Both the position numbers and the translations under genes were made by a program. The notes beneath the pieces are model-generated. The model saw nothing but the letters and a program-made list of their open reading frames with translations. It did not search any database and was not told the DNA's origin. A stretch of 47,251 nt of DNA from Bacteroidetes bacterium SW_4_67_19 (lineage in GTDB: Bacteria > Bacteroidota > Rhodothermia > Rhodothermales > Salinibacteraceae). Every line of letters begins with the position of its first letter. The stretch's first letter is position 1. The DNA lies in contig PXTX01000057.1 of the NCBI GenBank assembly GCA_003023275.1, positions 1 to 47,251 of the forward strand, written 5' to 3'. Positions 1 to 17,616 of the stretch are shown one piece after another.

Positions 1-55
1 CGAGCGTTGCCGCCACGTTCCGAAGGCCAACGACCGAAGACCAAAGAACCAACAA

Positions 56-131
<76 letters not shown>

Positions 132-180
132 TTTTCGATGCACGTACGTTTTTTACTTTGCTTTTCGAAGCGATCGGTTT

Positions 181-375
181 ATGAGCGGTGTTGTCGCCTA
201 TCTTCAGGACGTGGCCAGCGAGATGCGCAAGGTCAACTGGCCGAGTCAGCAGGAACTGATCAACAACACGATCATCACCATCGTCGCCTCGCTGACGGTC
301 TCGTTCATCATTTTTGGGGTGGATCGGATCCTTAGTCAGGTTCTGCAGTTCGTGTATAATCTCGCTGGAGGGTGA
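181..375 (+). CDS. secE: Preprotein translocase subunit SecE
   Basis: 64 aa; EMRKVNWPS motif followed by one TM helix; lies between tRNA-Trp and nusG. Confidence 0.95.
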   Translation: MSGVVAYLQDVASEMRKVNWPSQQELINNTIITIVASLTVSFIIFGVDRILSQVLQFVYNLAGG

Positions 376-464
376 GCGAGAAGGCCACCGGCGAGGCGAG
401 ATGCTTCCCTTTTGCGCCGGATGCCTCCCTTTTGCGCCGCGTGCAGCTTACGGAAACGGCCGCT

Positions 465-1017
465 ATGGAAGACCCCAGCAGCGAACATTCGGACGAGTCG
501 CTCGAAGGCGAGGACCTCGGCAACGAGGTGCCCGTGAACGAGAACCTGGAGTGGTACACGCTTCGCACGTTCTCCGGTCACGAGAAGAAGGTGCGGCGCC
601 TGCTGGAGGAGGAGATCGACCGCCTGGGGCTGGAGGAGCGCATCACCGAGATCGTGATTCCGAAAGAGGAGGTTTTCGAGATGCGCGGGGGGGAGAAAAA
701 GTCGAAAGAGAAGACCCTGTATCCCGGCTACATTTTCCTTCACGCCGACCTGAACGGAGAGCTGGAGCACCACATCAGCCGCGTGTCGTCGGTGATCGGG
801 TTTCTGGGGGCGGGCGACCGCGCCGAGCCGATGCGCCAGGAGGAGGTCGACCAGATGCTCGGCAAGACCGAGGAGGCCGCCGAGGCGGAAACCAAGGCCG
901 ACATTCCCTACCAAAGCGGCGACGCGGTGACGGTGGTCGACGTTCCGTTCTCGGGCTTTCTTCGACCGCAAGACGCCGCTCGAACTCGACTACCTCCAGG
1001 TCGAAGAAGAAGAATAG
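465..1017 (+). pseudogene. nusG: NusG with an internal deletion/frameshift in the KOW domain (real or assembly error)
   Basis: NGN domain intact ([21 protein letters not shown]). The frame breaks after VVDVPFSGF (~960); the C-terminus [18 protein letters not shown] is in another frame at 961-1017. Confidence 0.85.
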
Positions 1018-1130
1018 CTTCGCAGTTTCGGGGTTGGGGTTTCGCGTTTCGGGGTGTTTTCCCCGAGGGCGGAACGACCAATCCGAAACCTTCACCCTGC
1101 AACCGCCACCCCGCAACCGCGCACCGCGCA
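1018..1130. repeat. Intergenic heptamer arms (GTTTCGG-type / CCGCAAC-type)
   Basis: gtttcgg-ggttggg-gtttcgc-gtttcgg after the nusG stop; ccgaaac..ctgcaac..ccgcaac before the rplK ATG. Confidence 0.75.
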
Positions 1131-1571
1131 ATGGCCAAGGAAGTAGACGCCGAGATTAAGCTTCAGATCAACGCCGGACAGGCCAATCCCGCCCCGCCGA
1201 TTGGGCCGGCGCTCGGCCAGCACGGCGTCAACATCATGGAGTTCTGCAAACGCTTCAACGCCGAGACGCAGGAGCAGAGCGGGACGCTCCTGCCGGTCGT
1301 GATCACGGTGTACGTCGATAAGTCGTTCGACTTCATCGTCAAAAGCCCCCCGGCGTCGGTGCTCCTGAAGGACGCTGCGGGCATAGAAAGCGGGGCGGGC
1401 GACCCGCTGCGCAACAAGGTTGGCGAGGTGACCTGGGACGACTGCCTCGCGATTGGGGAGCGTAAGATGGAGGACCTCAACGCGCACACGTCCGAGCAGG
1501 CCGCTTCGATGGTCGCCGGCACAGCCCGCTCGATGGGCCTGCGCGTGACGGGGCGCCCTGCCGAGGCGTAG
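1131..1571 (+). CDS. rplK: 50S ribosomal protein L11
   Basis: [30 protein letters not shown] and AGTARSMG motifs. Confidence 0.98.
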   Translation: MAKEVDAEIKLQINAGQANPAPPIGPALGQHGVNIMEFCKRFNAETQEQSGTLLPVVITVYVDKSFDFIVKSPPASVLLKDAAGIESGAGDPLRNKVGEVTWDDCLAIGERKMEDLNAHTSEQAASMVAGTARSMGLRVTGRPAEA

Positions 1572-1599
1572 CGTCGCCGCGGGGCGGCTCCGCTGTCGA

Positions 1600-1676
1600 A
1601 TGTTAGAACGTTCGAGGTTGAAGGTTCTCCATTCTCCGACCAGCGAACCCGAAACCCAAAACCCGAAACCCAAACC
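1600..1676. repeat. Intergenic heptamer arms
   Basis: aacgttc-gaggttg-aaggttc, then aacccga-aacccaa-aacccga-aacccaa abutting the rplA ATG. Confidence 0.8.
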
Positions 1677-2390
1677 ATGCCAAAAGCAGCAGGAAAACGA
1701 TACCGCGACGCGCGCGAGATCATCGAAGAGGCCAGCGGCCCCTTCGCGCTCGCCGAGGCGGTCGACCTCGTCAAAGAGTGCGCCACGGCCAACTTCGACG
1801 AGTCCGTCGATCTGGACTTGCGTCTGGGCGTCGACCCGCGCCACGCCGACCAGATGGTGCGCGGCTCCGTCGCGCTGCCGCACGGCACGGGGCGCGACGT
1901 GACCGTGCTGGTGCTCACCGGCGAGGGGCGCGTGGCCGAGGCCGAGGAAGCGGGCGCCGACTACGCTGGGCTCGACGAGTACATCGAGCGCATCGAAGAG
2001 GAGGGATGGTTCGACTTCGACGTGGCTATCGCCACGCCCGACGTGATGGGCCAGGTGGGTCGCCTGGGGCGCCACCTGGGGCCGCGCGGCCTTATGCCCA
2101 ATCCCAAAAGCGGGACGGTCACCGACGACCTCGCCGAGACCATCGATGAGGTCAAGAGCGGCAAAATCGAATTTCGCGTCGACAAGGCCGGCAACCTGCA
2201 CACGACCATCGGCAAGGCCTCCTTTTCCGAAGAGGAGCTTCGGGAGAACGCGCGCACCCTCCTGAGCGAAGTGGTGCGCCTGCGTCCGGCCTCCGCGAAG
2301 GGCCTCTACGTGCGCTCCGTCACGCTCTCCTCGACGATGGGGCCTCCCGTGCCCGTCGACCGCTCGGCGGCGGTGGCCGAGGCGCGGTAG
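1677..2390 (+). CDS. rplA: 50S ribosomal protein L1
   Basis: [21 protein letters not shown] and [16 protein letters not shown] motifs. Confidence 0.98.
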   Translation: MPKAAGKRYRDAREIIEEASGPFALAEAVDLVKECATANFDESVDLDLRLGVDPRHADQMVRGSVALPHGTGRDVTVLVLTGEGRVAEAEEAGADYAGLDEYIERIEEEGWFDFDVAIATPDVMGQVGRLGRHLGPRGLMPNPKSGTVTDDLAETIDEVKSGKIEFRVDKAGNLHTTIGKASFSEEELRENARTLLSEVVRLRPASAKGLYVRSVTLSSTMGPPVPVDRSAAVAEAR

Positions 2391-2398
2391 CGCCTCTC

Positions 2399-2503
2399 GG
2401 AGTTACGGTGCGGGGGGTTACGGTGTTATGGTTCCTCGCCGAGCACCCGCGCCAGTAGCATGAGAAGCACTATAACACGTTAACACCACAACACTATACC
2501 ACC
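2399..2503. repeat. Intergenic octamer arms (GGTGTTAY / RTAACACC type)
   Basis: ggagttac..ggggttac-ggtgttat on the left; ataacacg-ttaacacc-acaacact on the right. Confidence 0.7.
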
Positions 2504-2505
2504 TC

Positions 2506-3063
2506 ATGGCTCTTACACGAGCGGAAAAAGCCGACATCATCGACGAGATCAGCGAGAAGCTGGAGGAGGCGCCGACGATCTACCTGACCAACGCCAAGGG
2601 GCTGACCGTCGCCGAGTCGAACGACTTGCGCGGACGCTTCTTCGAGTCGGACGTCGAGTTCTCCTTCGTCAAAAACACCCTCGCGCGCATCGCGATGGAG
2701 CGTGCGGGGGACGACGATTTCGATGATCTGAAGGAGCACCTGACGGGGCCGACGGCCATCGCCTTCAGCGAGTCGCCCAATGCGCCGGCCCGCGCGATTC
2801 AGGACTTTCACGAGGAGCACGACACGGGGGACGAGGAAGAAGACGAACCGCTGCGCCCCACGCTCAAAGCCGCCTACGTCGACGGCGACCTCTACGGCGC
2901 CGACGCCCTCGACGTGCTGGCGGATCTCAAATCGCGCGAAGAACTGATCGGCGAGATTCTGACGCTGCTCCAGTCGCCGGCCAAAAACGTCGTCGGCGCG
3001 CTTACTGCGCAGGGCGACCAGCTCGCCGGCATCGCGCAGGCCCTTGCCGAACGCGAAGAATAA
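2506..3063 (+). CDS. rplJ: 50S ribosomal protein L10
   Basis: KGLTVAESNDLR, VKNTLARIA, LTGPTAIAF, LKSREEL motifs; synteny. Confidence 0.96.
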   Translation: MALTRAEKADIIDEISEKLEEAPTIYLTNAKGLTVAESNDLRGRFFESDVEFSFVKNTLARIAMERAGDDDFDDLKEHLTGPTAIAFSESPNAPARAIQDFHEEHDTGDEEEDEPLRPTLKAAYVDGDLYGADALDVLADLKSREELIGEILTLLQSPAKNVVGALTAQGDQLAGIAQALAEREE

Positions 3064-3140
3064 CGTTGGTTTAAGGTTTAAGGTTGAAGGGAGAACGTTC
3101 CTCTTCCTTAAACCAACAACTTCCCCCCTTCAACCTGTTC
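3064..3140. repeat. Intergenic heptamer arms (AAGGTTK / MAACCTT)
   Basis: aaggttt-aaggttg-aaggg, then ccttaaac..ccttcaacc. Confidence 0.75.
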
Positions 3141-3225
3141 ACTCTCGACTTTTCCAACCAACCATCCTTAATACGCAGCGCAGTCCGCCGATGAGCGGGC
3201 GTAGACCGTTGCAGGAAACCAACCT

Positions 3226-3609
3226 ATGGCAGACGTACAAGAACTCGCAGAGCAGCTCGTGGACCTTTCGATCAAGGAGGCCAGCGAGCTGGCGGACCAC
3301 CTCAAAGAAGAATACGGCATCGAGCCGGCCTCCACAGCTGTCGCGGCCGCTCCCGGCGCAGCCGGCGGCAACGGCGAAGCCGACGAGGAAGAAGAGCAGA
3401 CCGCCTTCGACGTGGTCCTCACCGGCGTTGGCGGCAACAAAATTCAGGTCATCAAGGAGGTGCGCTCGCTGACCAACCTGGGCCTGAAAGAAGCCAAGAG
3501 CCTGGTCGACGAGGCGCCGTCGCCCATTCAGGAAAGCGTGCCGAAGGAAGAGGCCGACGAGATGCAGGCCGCCCTCGAAGAAGCCGGCGGTGAAATCGAG
3601 CTTCAGTAG
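3226..3609 (+). CDS. rplL: 50S ribosomal protein L7/L12
   Basis: EEQTAFDVVL..NKIQVIKEVR..LGLKEAKSLVD. Confidence 0.98.
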   Translation: MADVQELAEQLVDLSIKEASELADHLKEEYGIEPASTAVAAAPGAAGGNGEADEEEEQTAFDVVLTGVGGNKIQVIKEVRSLTNLGLKEAKSLVDEAPSPIQESVPKEEADEMQAALEEAGGEIELQ

Positions 3610-3610
3610 A

Positions 3611-3776
3611 GCGTGATGCGTGATTTGGCCAGGCCGAAGCGTTTGAAGAGCCTCTACTGGCAACGCGACTCGGCACGTAACGCGACTCGGCACGTATTGG
3701 CTGCTCGAACTCTTTTTCATCGTTTGTAGAGAGCCGTCTCGCGCATCACCAAAACGCACTACGAAAACGCATCACG
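3611..3776 (+). repeat. GCGTGAT-arm intergenic element, copy 1
   Basis: gcgtgat x2 left arm, core ctactggcaacgcgactcgg (3654-3673), gcatcac-type right arm. Confidence 0.75.
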
Positions 3777-3835
3777 AAAGCCGGCTTACGGTCGCTCCTG
3801 CTGGTTTGCCAGTGGGACGCCGGGGCCGGCTTTCG
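3775..3835 (+). terminator. Long GC hairpin after rplL (terminator/attenuator-like)
   Basis: cgaaagccggc...gccggctttcg with further inner pairing (ctgg/ccag). Confidence 0.55.
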
Positions 3836-4130
3836 GCGGCTACGCGCCCGCTCTTTCGTTCTGTACGGAGGCGAATTATTCGAGAAGAATAGCTGCCGAA
3901 ACAAGCGGCGAGCGGCCTCGTTAATCAAATGCTTTACGCCGCGCCGTTCTTTGTCACGCCGGCGGGGCGCTCGCCTTGCGCCGGCGGCAACCGAAACGGC
4001 TCGGTCTGTGCTCTCGCAACAGCCTCCCTTCTGAAGTCCGAAGCGGACCGCGGCTGCGCGCCTTCCGCTTTCGATTTCGCCCTGCGCTCGCGCTCGTCCT
4101 CTCGCACTCCTTCTGGCACGTTCTCCGTCT

Positions 4131-8058
<3,928 letters not shown>

Positions 8059-8060
<2 letters not shown>

Positions 8061-8265
8061 TGTTTTGGTGTTGGCGTGTTGTAGTGCGCTTTTCGCCTCG
8101 AAGACGGTGCTTCCTGCGAAAGCGGGCGCCCGTTTCGGAGGCCGTGCCGCTCGACTCCGATCCTGCCAGCGCAACCGTTTCCCAAAGCGCATCTCGACTG
8201 CCCGAGCAGCCTCCTACCGCACCACTCCAACACCAAAACGCCACACCACCACAACGCTAAAACGC
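8059..8265. repeat. Octamer arms in the rpoB-rpoC spacer
   Basis: gtgttttg-gtgttggc-gtgttgta on the left; ccaacacc-aaaacgcc-acaccacc-acaacgct-aaaacgc on the right. Confidence 0.75.
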
Positions 8266-8326
8266 GACCCCCGCTAACCTTGCTCCTTCCGCCTCGAAGG
8301 AGCAGCAACCTCAAGCCCGAAACCAC

Positions 8327-12751
<4,425 letters not shown>

Positions 12752-12788
12752 CCCTTCCCTGCGCGGCGGTCGGTGCGCGGCGCTGACG

Positions 12789-12855
12789 TGACCCATGCGA
12801 AAAGCCCCGGTTCGCCCGCAGCAGTGTGCGGCGGCCGGGGCTTTGCCATGGGTCA
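12789..12855 (+). terminator. Strong hairpin downstream of rpoC, possibly bidirectional
   Basis: tgacccatg..aaagccccgg...ccggggcttt..catgggtca nested inverted repeat between convergent ORFs. Confidence 0.65.
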
Positions 12856-12949
12856 GTGCGTTGCTGGGGTGCAGAACGAACGGCGGCGTCGGAAGGTAGA
12901 GCGAAACGCTTTTTTTGCTTTCCGACGGCGAGAATCGGTGAGGCGTGCG

Positions 12950-13201
12950 TCAGGGCGCCGGGGCGGCCGATGTGTCCGTCGTGTCGGCGGGGGGCGGAGC
13001 GACTTGCTGCTGCTGTTGCTGTTGCGGCGGTGGCTCCGGGCGCGCCAGCGAGAGCATCAGCCACGTCCCGCCGGCGGAGACGGCCAGCGCGAACAGGATC
13101 GAGCCGATCACCAGCGCGCGCGAGGCGTTGCGGCTGAGTGGGAGCGGCCCGGAGGCGGTTTGGCCGGCACGCTGTTCGGAAGGGGGAGCATCGTCAGGCA
13201 T
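12950..13201 (-). CDS. Small single-TM hypothetical protein with a poly-Gln tract
   Basis: ATG 13201; hydrophobic ALVIGSILFALAVSAGGTWLML, then PPPQQQQQQQVAPPP. Confidence 0.55.
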   Translation of the reverse strand: MPDDAPPSEQRAGQTASGPLPLSRNASRALVIGSILFALAVSAGGTWLMLSLARPEPPPQQQQQQQVAPPPADTTDTSAAPAP

Positions 13202-13423
13202 TGGCGTCTGCACGTTCGCTGCTACGGTCGAGAAGATCACCTTGCTTGCGGTTTCGTTCGGCATCCTTCCGCCAGATAAAATGCCTTGCTGTTCGCGTGG
13301 GTCCTTGCGGGTCCCGTCGGAGACGTACCGCTCGGGGTGGGCCAGCTTGTGTTCGTGCTCGGCTACGTTTTCTTGGAAGCTTTCGAGCGCCTTTCGGATC
13401 TGGTCGATGCGACCGCCAGCCAA
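13194..13423 (-). pseudogene. Possible frameshifted small helical hypothetical protein
   Basis: IRKALESFQENVAEHEHKLAHPERY..DPREQQGIL continues plausibly as WRKDAERNRKQGDLL* in another frame; lower GC than neighbours. Confidence 0.4.
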
Positions 13424-13505
13424 TGAGATGCTCTTGACACGTTCTTGAAACTTTCGCGCGCGGCTTCTGTTGAGATGGGGCTAAAAAACGAAAGCCCCCA
13501 CCCGC

Positions 13506-14138
13506 ATGAACAACGACGCGCCCGCCCTCGACGACAGCGACTGCCTCGACGACGCCTCCACCGGGGACGACGACCTGCGCCGGCGTATCCTCGACGGGGC
13601 GCGCCACCTGCTCGTGCGCGGCGGCTACCAGAATCTCTCGATGCGCCGTCTCGCGCGGGCCATCGGGTACAGCGCGACGAGCATTTACCTGCACTTCGAG
13701 AGCAAGGACGACCTCTTCCACGCGCTCATCGACGAGGGGATGGAGCGGCTCCACACTCGTCTCCGCGAGGCGGTCGAGGACGAAGAAGCCCCTGACGCGC
13801 AACTGGAGGCGCTCTGCCGCGCCTTCGCCCGCTTTGGGCTGGACAATCCCGAATACTACGAGGTCATGTTTCTGCTGCGTCCAGAGACGATGGAGCGCTA
13901 CCCGCCGGAGAATTACCGTCGCGCGCGCCGCAACCTTGACCTCGTGCAGGAGCTGTTGCGAAAGGGAGCCGAGCGCGACCAGTTCGTCATCACGGATCCG
14001 CTGGAGGCCGCCAGCGCGCTCTGGGCCTCGCTTCACGGCACCGTGTCGCTACTTTTGGCGCGCCGCGTGGACGCCCAGGCGTCGGTGCGGCAGGCGATTC
14101 GGGGCGTGGCGGCGCGGGGTGACGCGCATGATGCGTGA
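13506..14138 (+). CDS. TetR/AcrR family transcriptional regulator
   Basis: RRRILDGARHLLVRGGYQNLSMRRLARAIGYSATSIYLHFESKDDL HTH. Confidence 0.93.
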   Translation: MNNDAPALDDSDCLDDASTGDDDLRRRILDGARHLLVRGGYQNLSMRRLARAIGYSATSIYLHFESKDDLFHALIDEGMERLHTRLREAVEDEEAPDAQLEALCRAFARFGLDNPEYYEVMFLLRPETMERYPPENYRRARRNLDLVQELLRKGAERDQFVITDPLEAASALWASLHGTVSLLLARRVDAQASVRQAIRGVAARGDAHDA

Positions 14139-14280
14139 CGCGTGATTCGTGATGACAGCAGTTTCCGCCGTCTGCGCTTCGATTCTACCGGCGAAACCCA
14201 TTCGGAAAGCACTGACTGCCTGAACGCTCGCTTCGACGTTCGTAAACCAGCAACCTCACGAATCACGCATTACGCATCAC
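14126..14280 (+). repeat. GCGTGAT-arm intergenic element, copy 2
   Basis: gcatgat-gcgtgac-gcgtgat-tcgtgat; core ctaccggcgaaacccattcgg (14185-14205); ctcacga-atcacgc-attacgc-atcac. Confidence 0.8.
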
Positions 14281-14291
14281 TCACTCCACCC

Positions 14292-16241
14292 ATGCAAGTC
14301 AAGCAATCCGGCGAAAGCCAAGTCCACACCGCCCCAGCCGGTACTGAGGGCGAAGAGATTCGCGGCAAGACGCTGCTGGACGTGCTCTACGAGTCGTTCG
14401 AGGAATACGACAACCCGCGCGCGTTCAACCAGCCGACCGCCGGCCACGGCAGCGACGGGGAAGAGGAACTCGAATGGCGCGCGTATTCTTCAAATGAATT
14501 TCGCCGGCAGGCCGAGGAGGCGGCGCTGGGGCTGCTGGATCTGGGGCTGGAGCGCGGCGCGCGCGTCGGTCTCTTCCTGAAGAGCGACGTCTACTTCTGC
14601 CTCGCCGACGCCGCCTGCCTGATCAGCGGCATGGTGGACGTGCCCGTCTACCTCACCCACCAGCCCAGGCAAGTCTCCTACGTCCTCGACCACGCCGAGA
14701 CGGAGGCGCTCTTCGTCGCAAGCCCCGAGCATCTCGAACAGGTGGCGCCGCTGCTGGACGAACTGGAGCGCATCGAGACCGTCATCCTCGCGCAGGGCGC
14801 CCCGAGCGAAGCGGACGCCGAGCTGCCGGAGCGTGTAGACGCGCTGACCTTCGAGGCGCTCCACGAGCGGGGCCGCGAGCGGCAGAAGGAGGCGGGCGGC
14901 GAGGACATTGCGTCGCTGCGGGAAAAGGTGGACCCCGACGACCTGGCGACGCTCATCTACACCAGCGGCACGACCGGGCAGCCGAAGGGGGTGATGCTCA
15001 CGCACGAAAACATCGCCTCCAACGCGCTCACGTCGCTGTCGTGCTTCACGGGCTACGAGGCCGGCGCGGGGGCCGAGGTGGCGCTCTCCTTTCTGCCGCT
15101 GACGCACATCTACGCCCGCACGCTCGACTACTACGGCTACCTCTCGAAGGGCACGAGCATCTACTTCTGCGACCCCGACGACCTCTCCGGGGCGCTTCGG
15201 GCCGTGCGCCCGACGGTCTTCAATACCGTGCCGCGTCTGCTCGAGAAGGTCTACGGCAGCATCGAGGAGAAAACCAAAAGTGCCGAGGGGCTTCAGAAAA
15301 TGATCGGGACGTGGGCGCTCCGGTTGGCGAAGCAGTATCGGATCGGGGAGGAGCCGCCCGTGGCGTGGCGCGTGCAGCAGTTCGTGGCTGACGCGCTGGT
15401 GTACAGGCAGTGGCGCCAGGCGCTGGGCGGGCGGCTCAAGTACGCCACCGTCGGCGGGGCCGCGCTCAACCCCGATCTGGCCAATACCTTCGCCGCCGCC
15501 GGCATCCGGCTCGTGCAGGGCTACGGCCTCACCGAGACCAGCCCCGTCATTAGCTTCAACCGGCCCGACCGTAACCGCGCCGGCACCGTCGGTGAGCCGC
15601 TGCCGGGCGTGGAGGTCAAAATTGCCGAGGACGGCGAGATCCTCACGCGCGGCCCCCACGTGATGAAAGGCTACTACAAAGATGACGAAGAGACGCGCAC
15701 GTCCTTCACCGAGGACGGCTTCTTTCGCACCGGCGACGTGGGCGAGATGGACGGCACGCACCTGAAGATCACCGACCGCAAGAAGGCGCTCTTCAAGCTC
15801 TCGACGGGCAAGTACGTCGTGCCCTCGCCGCTGGAAAACCGCTTGGCGACCTCGAACCTGGTGGAGCAGACGGTGGTGGTGGGGAGCGGGCACAAGTACT
15901 GCGCTGCGCTTATTTTCCCGAGTGAAGAAGCCGTGCGCTCGTTTGCGGAACAGCAGGGCGTCGGCGGCGGGCAGCCCTTCCGCGACTTGATCCAGGAGCA
16001 GGCGGTGATCGACGAGTTCCAGCGTCTCGTCGACGAGGCCAACACCGGGATGGATCCCTGGTCGCAGATCAAGCGCTTCACGCTCGTGCCTGAGGAGATC
16101 AGCGTCGAGAACGGGCTGCTCACGCCGTCGATGAAGGTGAGGCGCTCGCGGGTGGAGCAGACCTACGATGGCGAGATCGACCGCCTCTACGAAATGAGCG
16201 AGGCAGAGCAGGAAGAGGGCGAGCGCGTGCGAGTGTCGTAA
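14292..16241 (+). CDS. Long-chain fatty acyl-CoA synthetase (AMP-binding)
   Basis: YTSGTTGQPKGVMLTH, GYGLTETSP, FRTGDVG, ITDRKK, LLTPSMKVRR; ATG 14292 follows the repeat arm. Confidence 0.92.
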   Translation: MQVKQSGESQVHTAPAGTEGEEIRGKTLLDVLYESFEEYDNPRAFNQPTAGHGSDGEEELEWRAYSSNEFRRQAEEAALGLLDLGLERGARVGLFLKSDVYFCLADAACLISGMVDVPVYLTHQPRQVSYVLDHAETEALFVASPEHLEQVAPLLDELERIETVILAQGAPSEADAELPERVDALTFEALHERGRERQKEAGGEDIASLREKVDPDDLATLIYTSGTTGQPKGVMLTHENIASNALTSLSCFTGYEAGAGAEVALSFLPLTHIYARTLDYYGYLSKGTSIYFCDPDDLSGALRAVRPTVFNTVPRLLEKVYGSIEEKTKSAEGLQKMIGTWALRLAKQYRIGEEPPVAWRVQQFVADALVYRQWRQALGGRLKYATVGGAALNPDLANTFAAAGIRLVQGYGLTETSPVISFNRPDRNRAGTVGEPLPGVEVKIAEDGEILTRGPHVMKGYYKDDEETRTSFTEDGFFRTGDVGEMDGTHLKITDRKKALFKLSTGKYVVPSPLENRLATSNLVEQTVVVGSGHKYCAALIFPSEEAVRSFAEQQGVGGGQPFRDLIQEQAVIDEFQRLVDEANTGMDPWSQIKRFTLVPEEISVENGLLTPSMKVRRSRVEQTYDGEIDRLYEMSEAEQEEGERVRVS

Positions 16242-16343
16242 GCGGCGTTGAAAACGGGCGTCCCGTCCCGTAGAATGAAACATTACGTGGCCTCTCGCAC
16301 GAGACCGTGCCGCGCCTTTTTCGCCGACGGCTTGCTTTTTCGC

Positions 16344-17558
16344 GTGGACGATCTGCTTTATTCCATTGCGCGCTGGCTGGTGGTGGTCCTCGGCCTCTCG
16401 ATGGTCGGCGGGACGGTCCTCAGCTGGGTGCGCTCTCCGCACTGGTTCATTCGCGGTTGGGACTTCCCGCGCGTGCAGATCGTCGGCCTGGCGGGGCTGA
16501 GCGCGGGGCTGTATGCGGCCTTCTTCTCCTACAATACGTGGCTGGAGTGGGTCTTCATCGGCCTCTGCGCGGCGTGCGCGGCGTGGCAGTTCTACCGCAT
16601 CTTTCCCTACGTGCCGCTCGCCCCCGAGCACGTCGAAACGACGACCCGGCCGGCGGACGCCCCCTCCAGCCTGCGGCTCGTGGCCTCCAACGTGCTCAAA
16701 GACAACGAGCAGCACGACCGCTGGCTCGACGTCGTTCGCGGAGCCGATCCCGACCTGATTCTGGCCGTGGAGGTCGACGAGACATGGGACGATATGATCG
16801 AGGACGCGCTGGGGGAAGAGTACCCCTTTCAGGTGCGCCAGCCGCAGGACAATTACTACGGCATGGTGCTCTACTCGCGCCTCGAGCTCATCGACCCGGA
16901 GCTGCGCTTCATCGTGCAGGACGACGTGCCGTCGGTCCACACCGGCGTGGAGCTGCGCTGCGGGCAGCGCATCTACCTGCACGGGGTGCACCCGCGCCCG
17001 CCCGAGCCGCTGCGCGACGAAGACGCCACCGCCCGCGACGCCGAAGTCGTCATCGTAGGGCGCGAAATCGAGGGCGAGGCCGAGGGGGAGCAGCGTCCCG
17101 TCATCGTGGCCGGCGACTTCAACGACGTGGCCTGGTCGCACACCTCGAAGTTGTTTCAGAAGGTGAGCCGCCTGCTGGACCCGCGCAAGGGGCGCGGCTT
17201 TTTCAACACATTCGACGCGCGCTACCCGCTGCTGCGCTTCCCGCTCGACCACGTCTTTCACTCCAACCACTTCAAACTCATCAACTTGGAGCTGCTTCCG
17301 TTCGTAGGATCGGATCACTTTCCGGTGTCCATTACGCTGAGCTACGAGCCGACGGCGCCCGTCGAGCAGCCCGAGCCGGAGAAAAGCGCCGGAGACGAAG
17401 AGGAGGCGCAGGAAAAGGTCGAGCGCGCCGCCGAGGAAAACGACGAAGAAAAGGTCATGCGAAACGAAGGCGCGCACCCGCAACCCCAGGCGCTCGCGCA
17501 CCCCGACCCGGACCAGGAGCCGGCGTCCCCAGAAGATGAGGACGTGCGCCGCCCGTGA
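16344..17558 (+). CDS. Endonuclease/exonuclease/phosphatase (EEP) family protein with N-terminal TM helices
   Basis: ASNVL, LAVEVD, VAGDFND, PLDHVF, GSDHFPV motifs; start uncertain. Confidence 0.88.
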   Translation: MDDLLYSIARWLVVVLGLSMVGGTVLSWVRSPHWFIRGWDFPRVQIVGLAGLSAGLYAAFFSYNTWLEWVFIGLCAACAAWQFYRIFPYVPLAPEHVETTTRPADAPSSLRLVASNVLKDNEQHDRWLDVVRGADPDLILAVEVDETWDDMIEDALGEEYPFQVRQPQDNYYGMVLYSRLELIDPELRFIVQDDVPSVHTGVELRCGQRIYLHGVHPRPPEPLRDEDATARDAEVVIVGREIEGEAEGEQRPVIVAGDFNDVAWSHTSKLFQKVSRLLDPRKGRGFFNTFDARYPLLRFPLDHVFHSNHFKLINLELLPFVGSDHFPVSITLSYEPTAPVEQPEPEKSAGDEEEAQEKVERAAEENDEEKVMRNEGAHPQPQALAHPDPDQEPASPEDEDVRRP

Positions 17559-17616
17559 GGAAGGCGGGGGCGGTCCGTACGTGATTTTCCCGAACGAATT
17601 CCCCCGCGCAGCGGCC

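Noticed and set aside
372..1571. 399-aa NusG-L11 fusion as a genuine protein
   Set aside because: The real NusG C-terminus and stop are in another frame, the linker is translated repeat DNA, and rplK has its own ATG at 1131.
2391..2505. L10 leader RNA
   Set aside because: The spacer is short and dominated by octamer arms; no recognisable leader structure.
3611..3776. CRISPR array interpretation of the repeats
   Set aside because: No constant repeat with unique regular spacers and no cas genes.
14050..14138. Possible small deletion in the TetR C-terminus
   Set aside because: TetR C-termini are too variable to call this without an alignment.
14142..14291. Long N-terminal extensions in the ORF track (also 21650, 35892, 38966, 40456, 45405, 46435)
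   Set aside because: They translate intergenic or repeat DNA; downstream ATGs match family starts.
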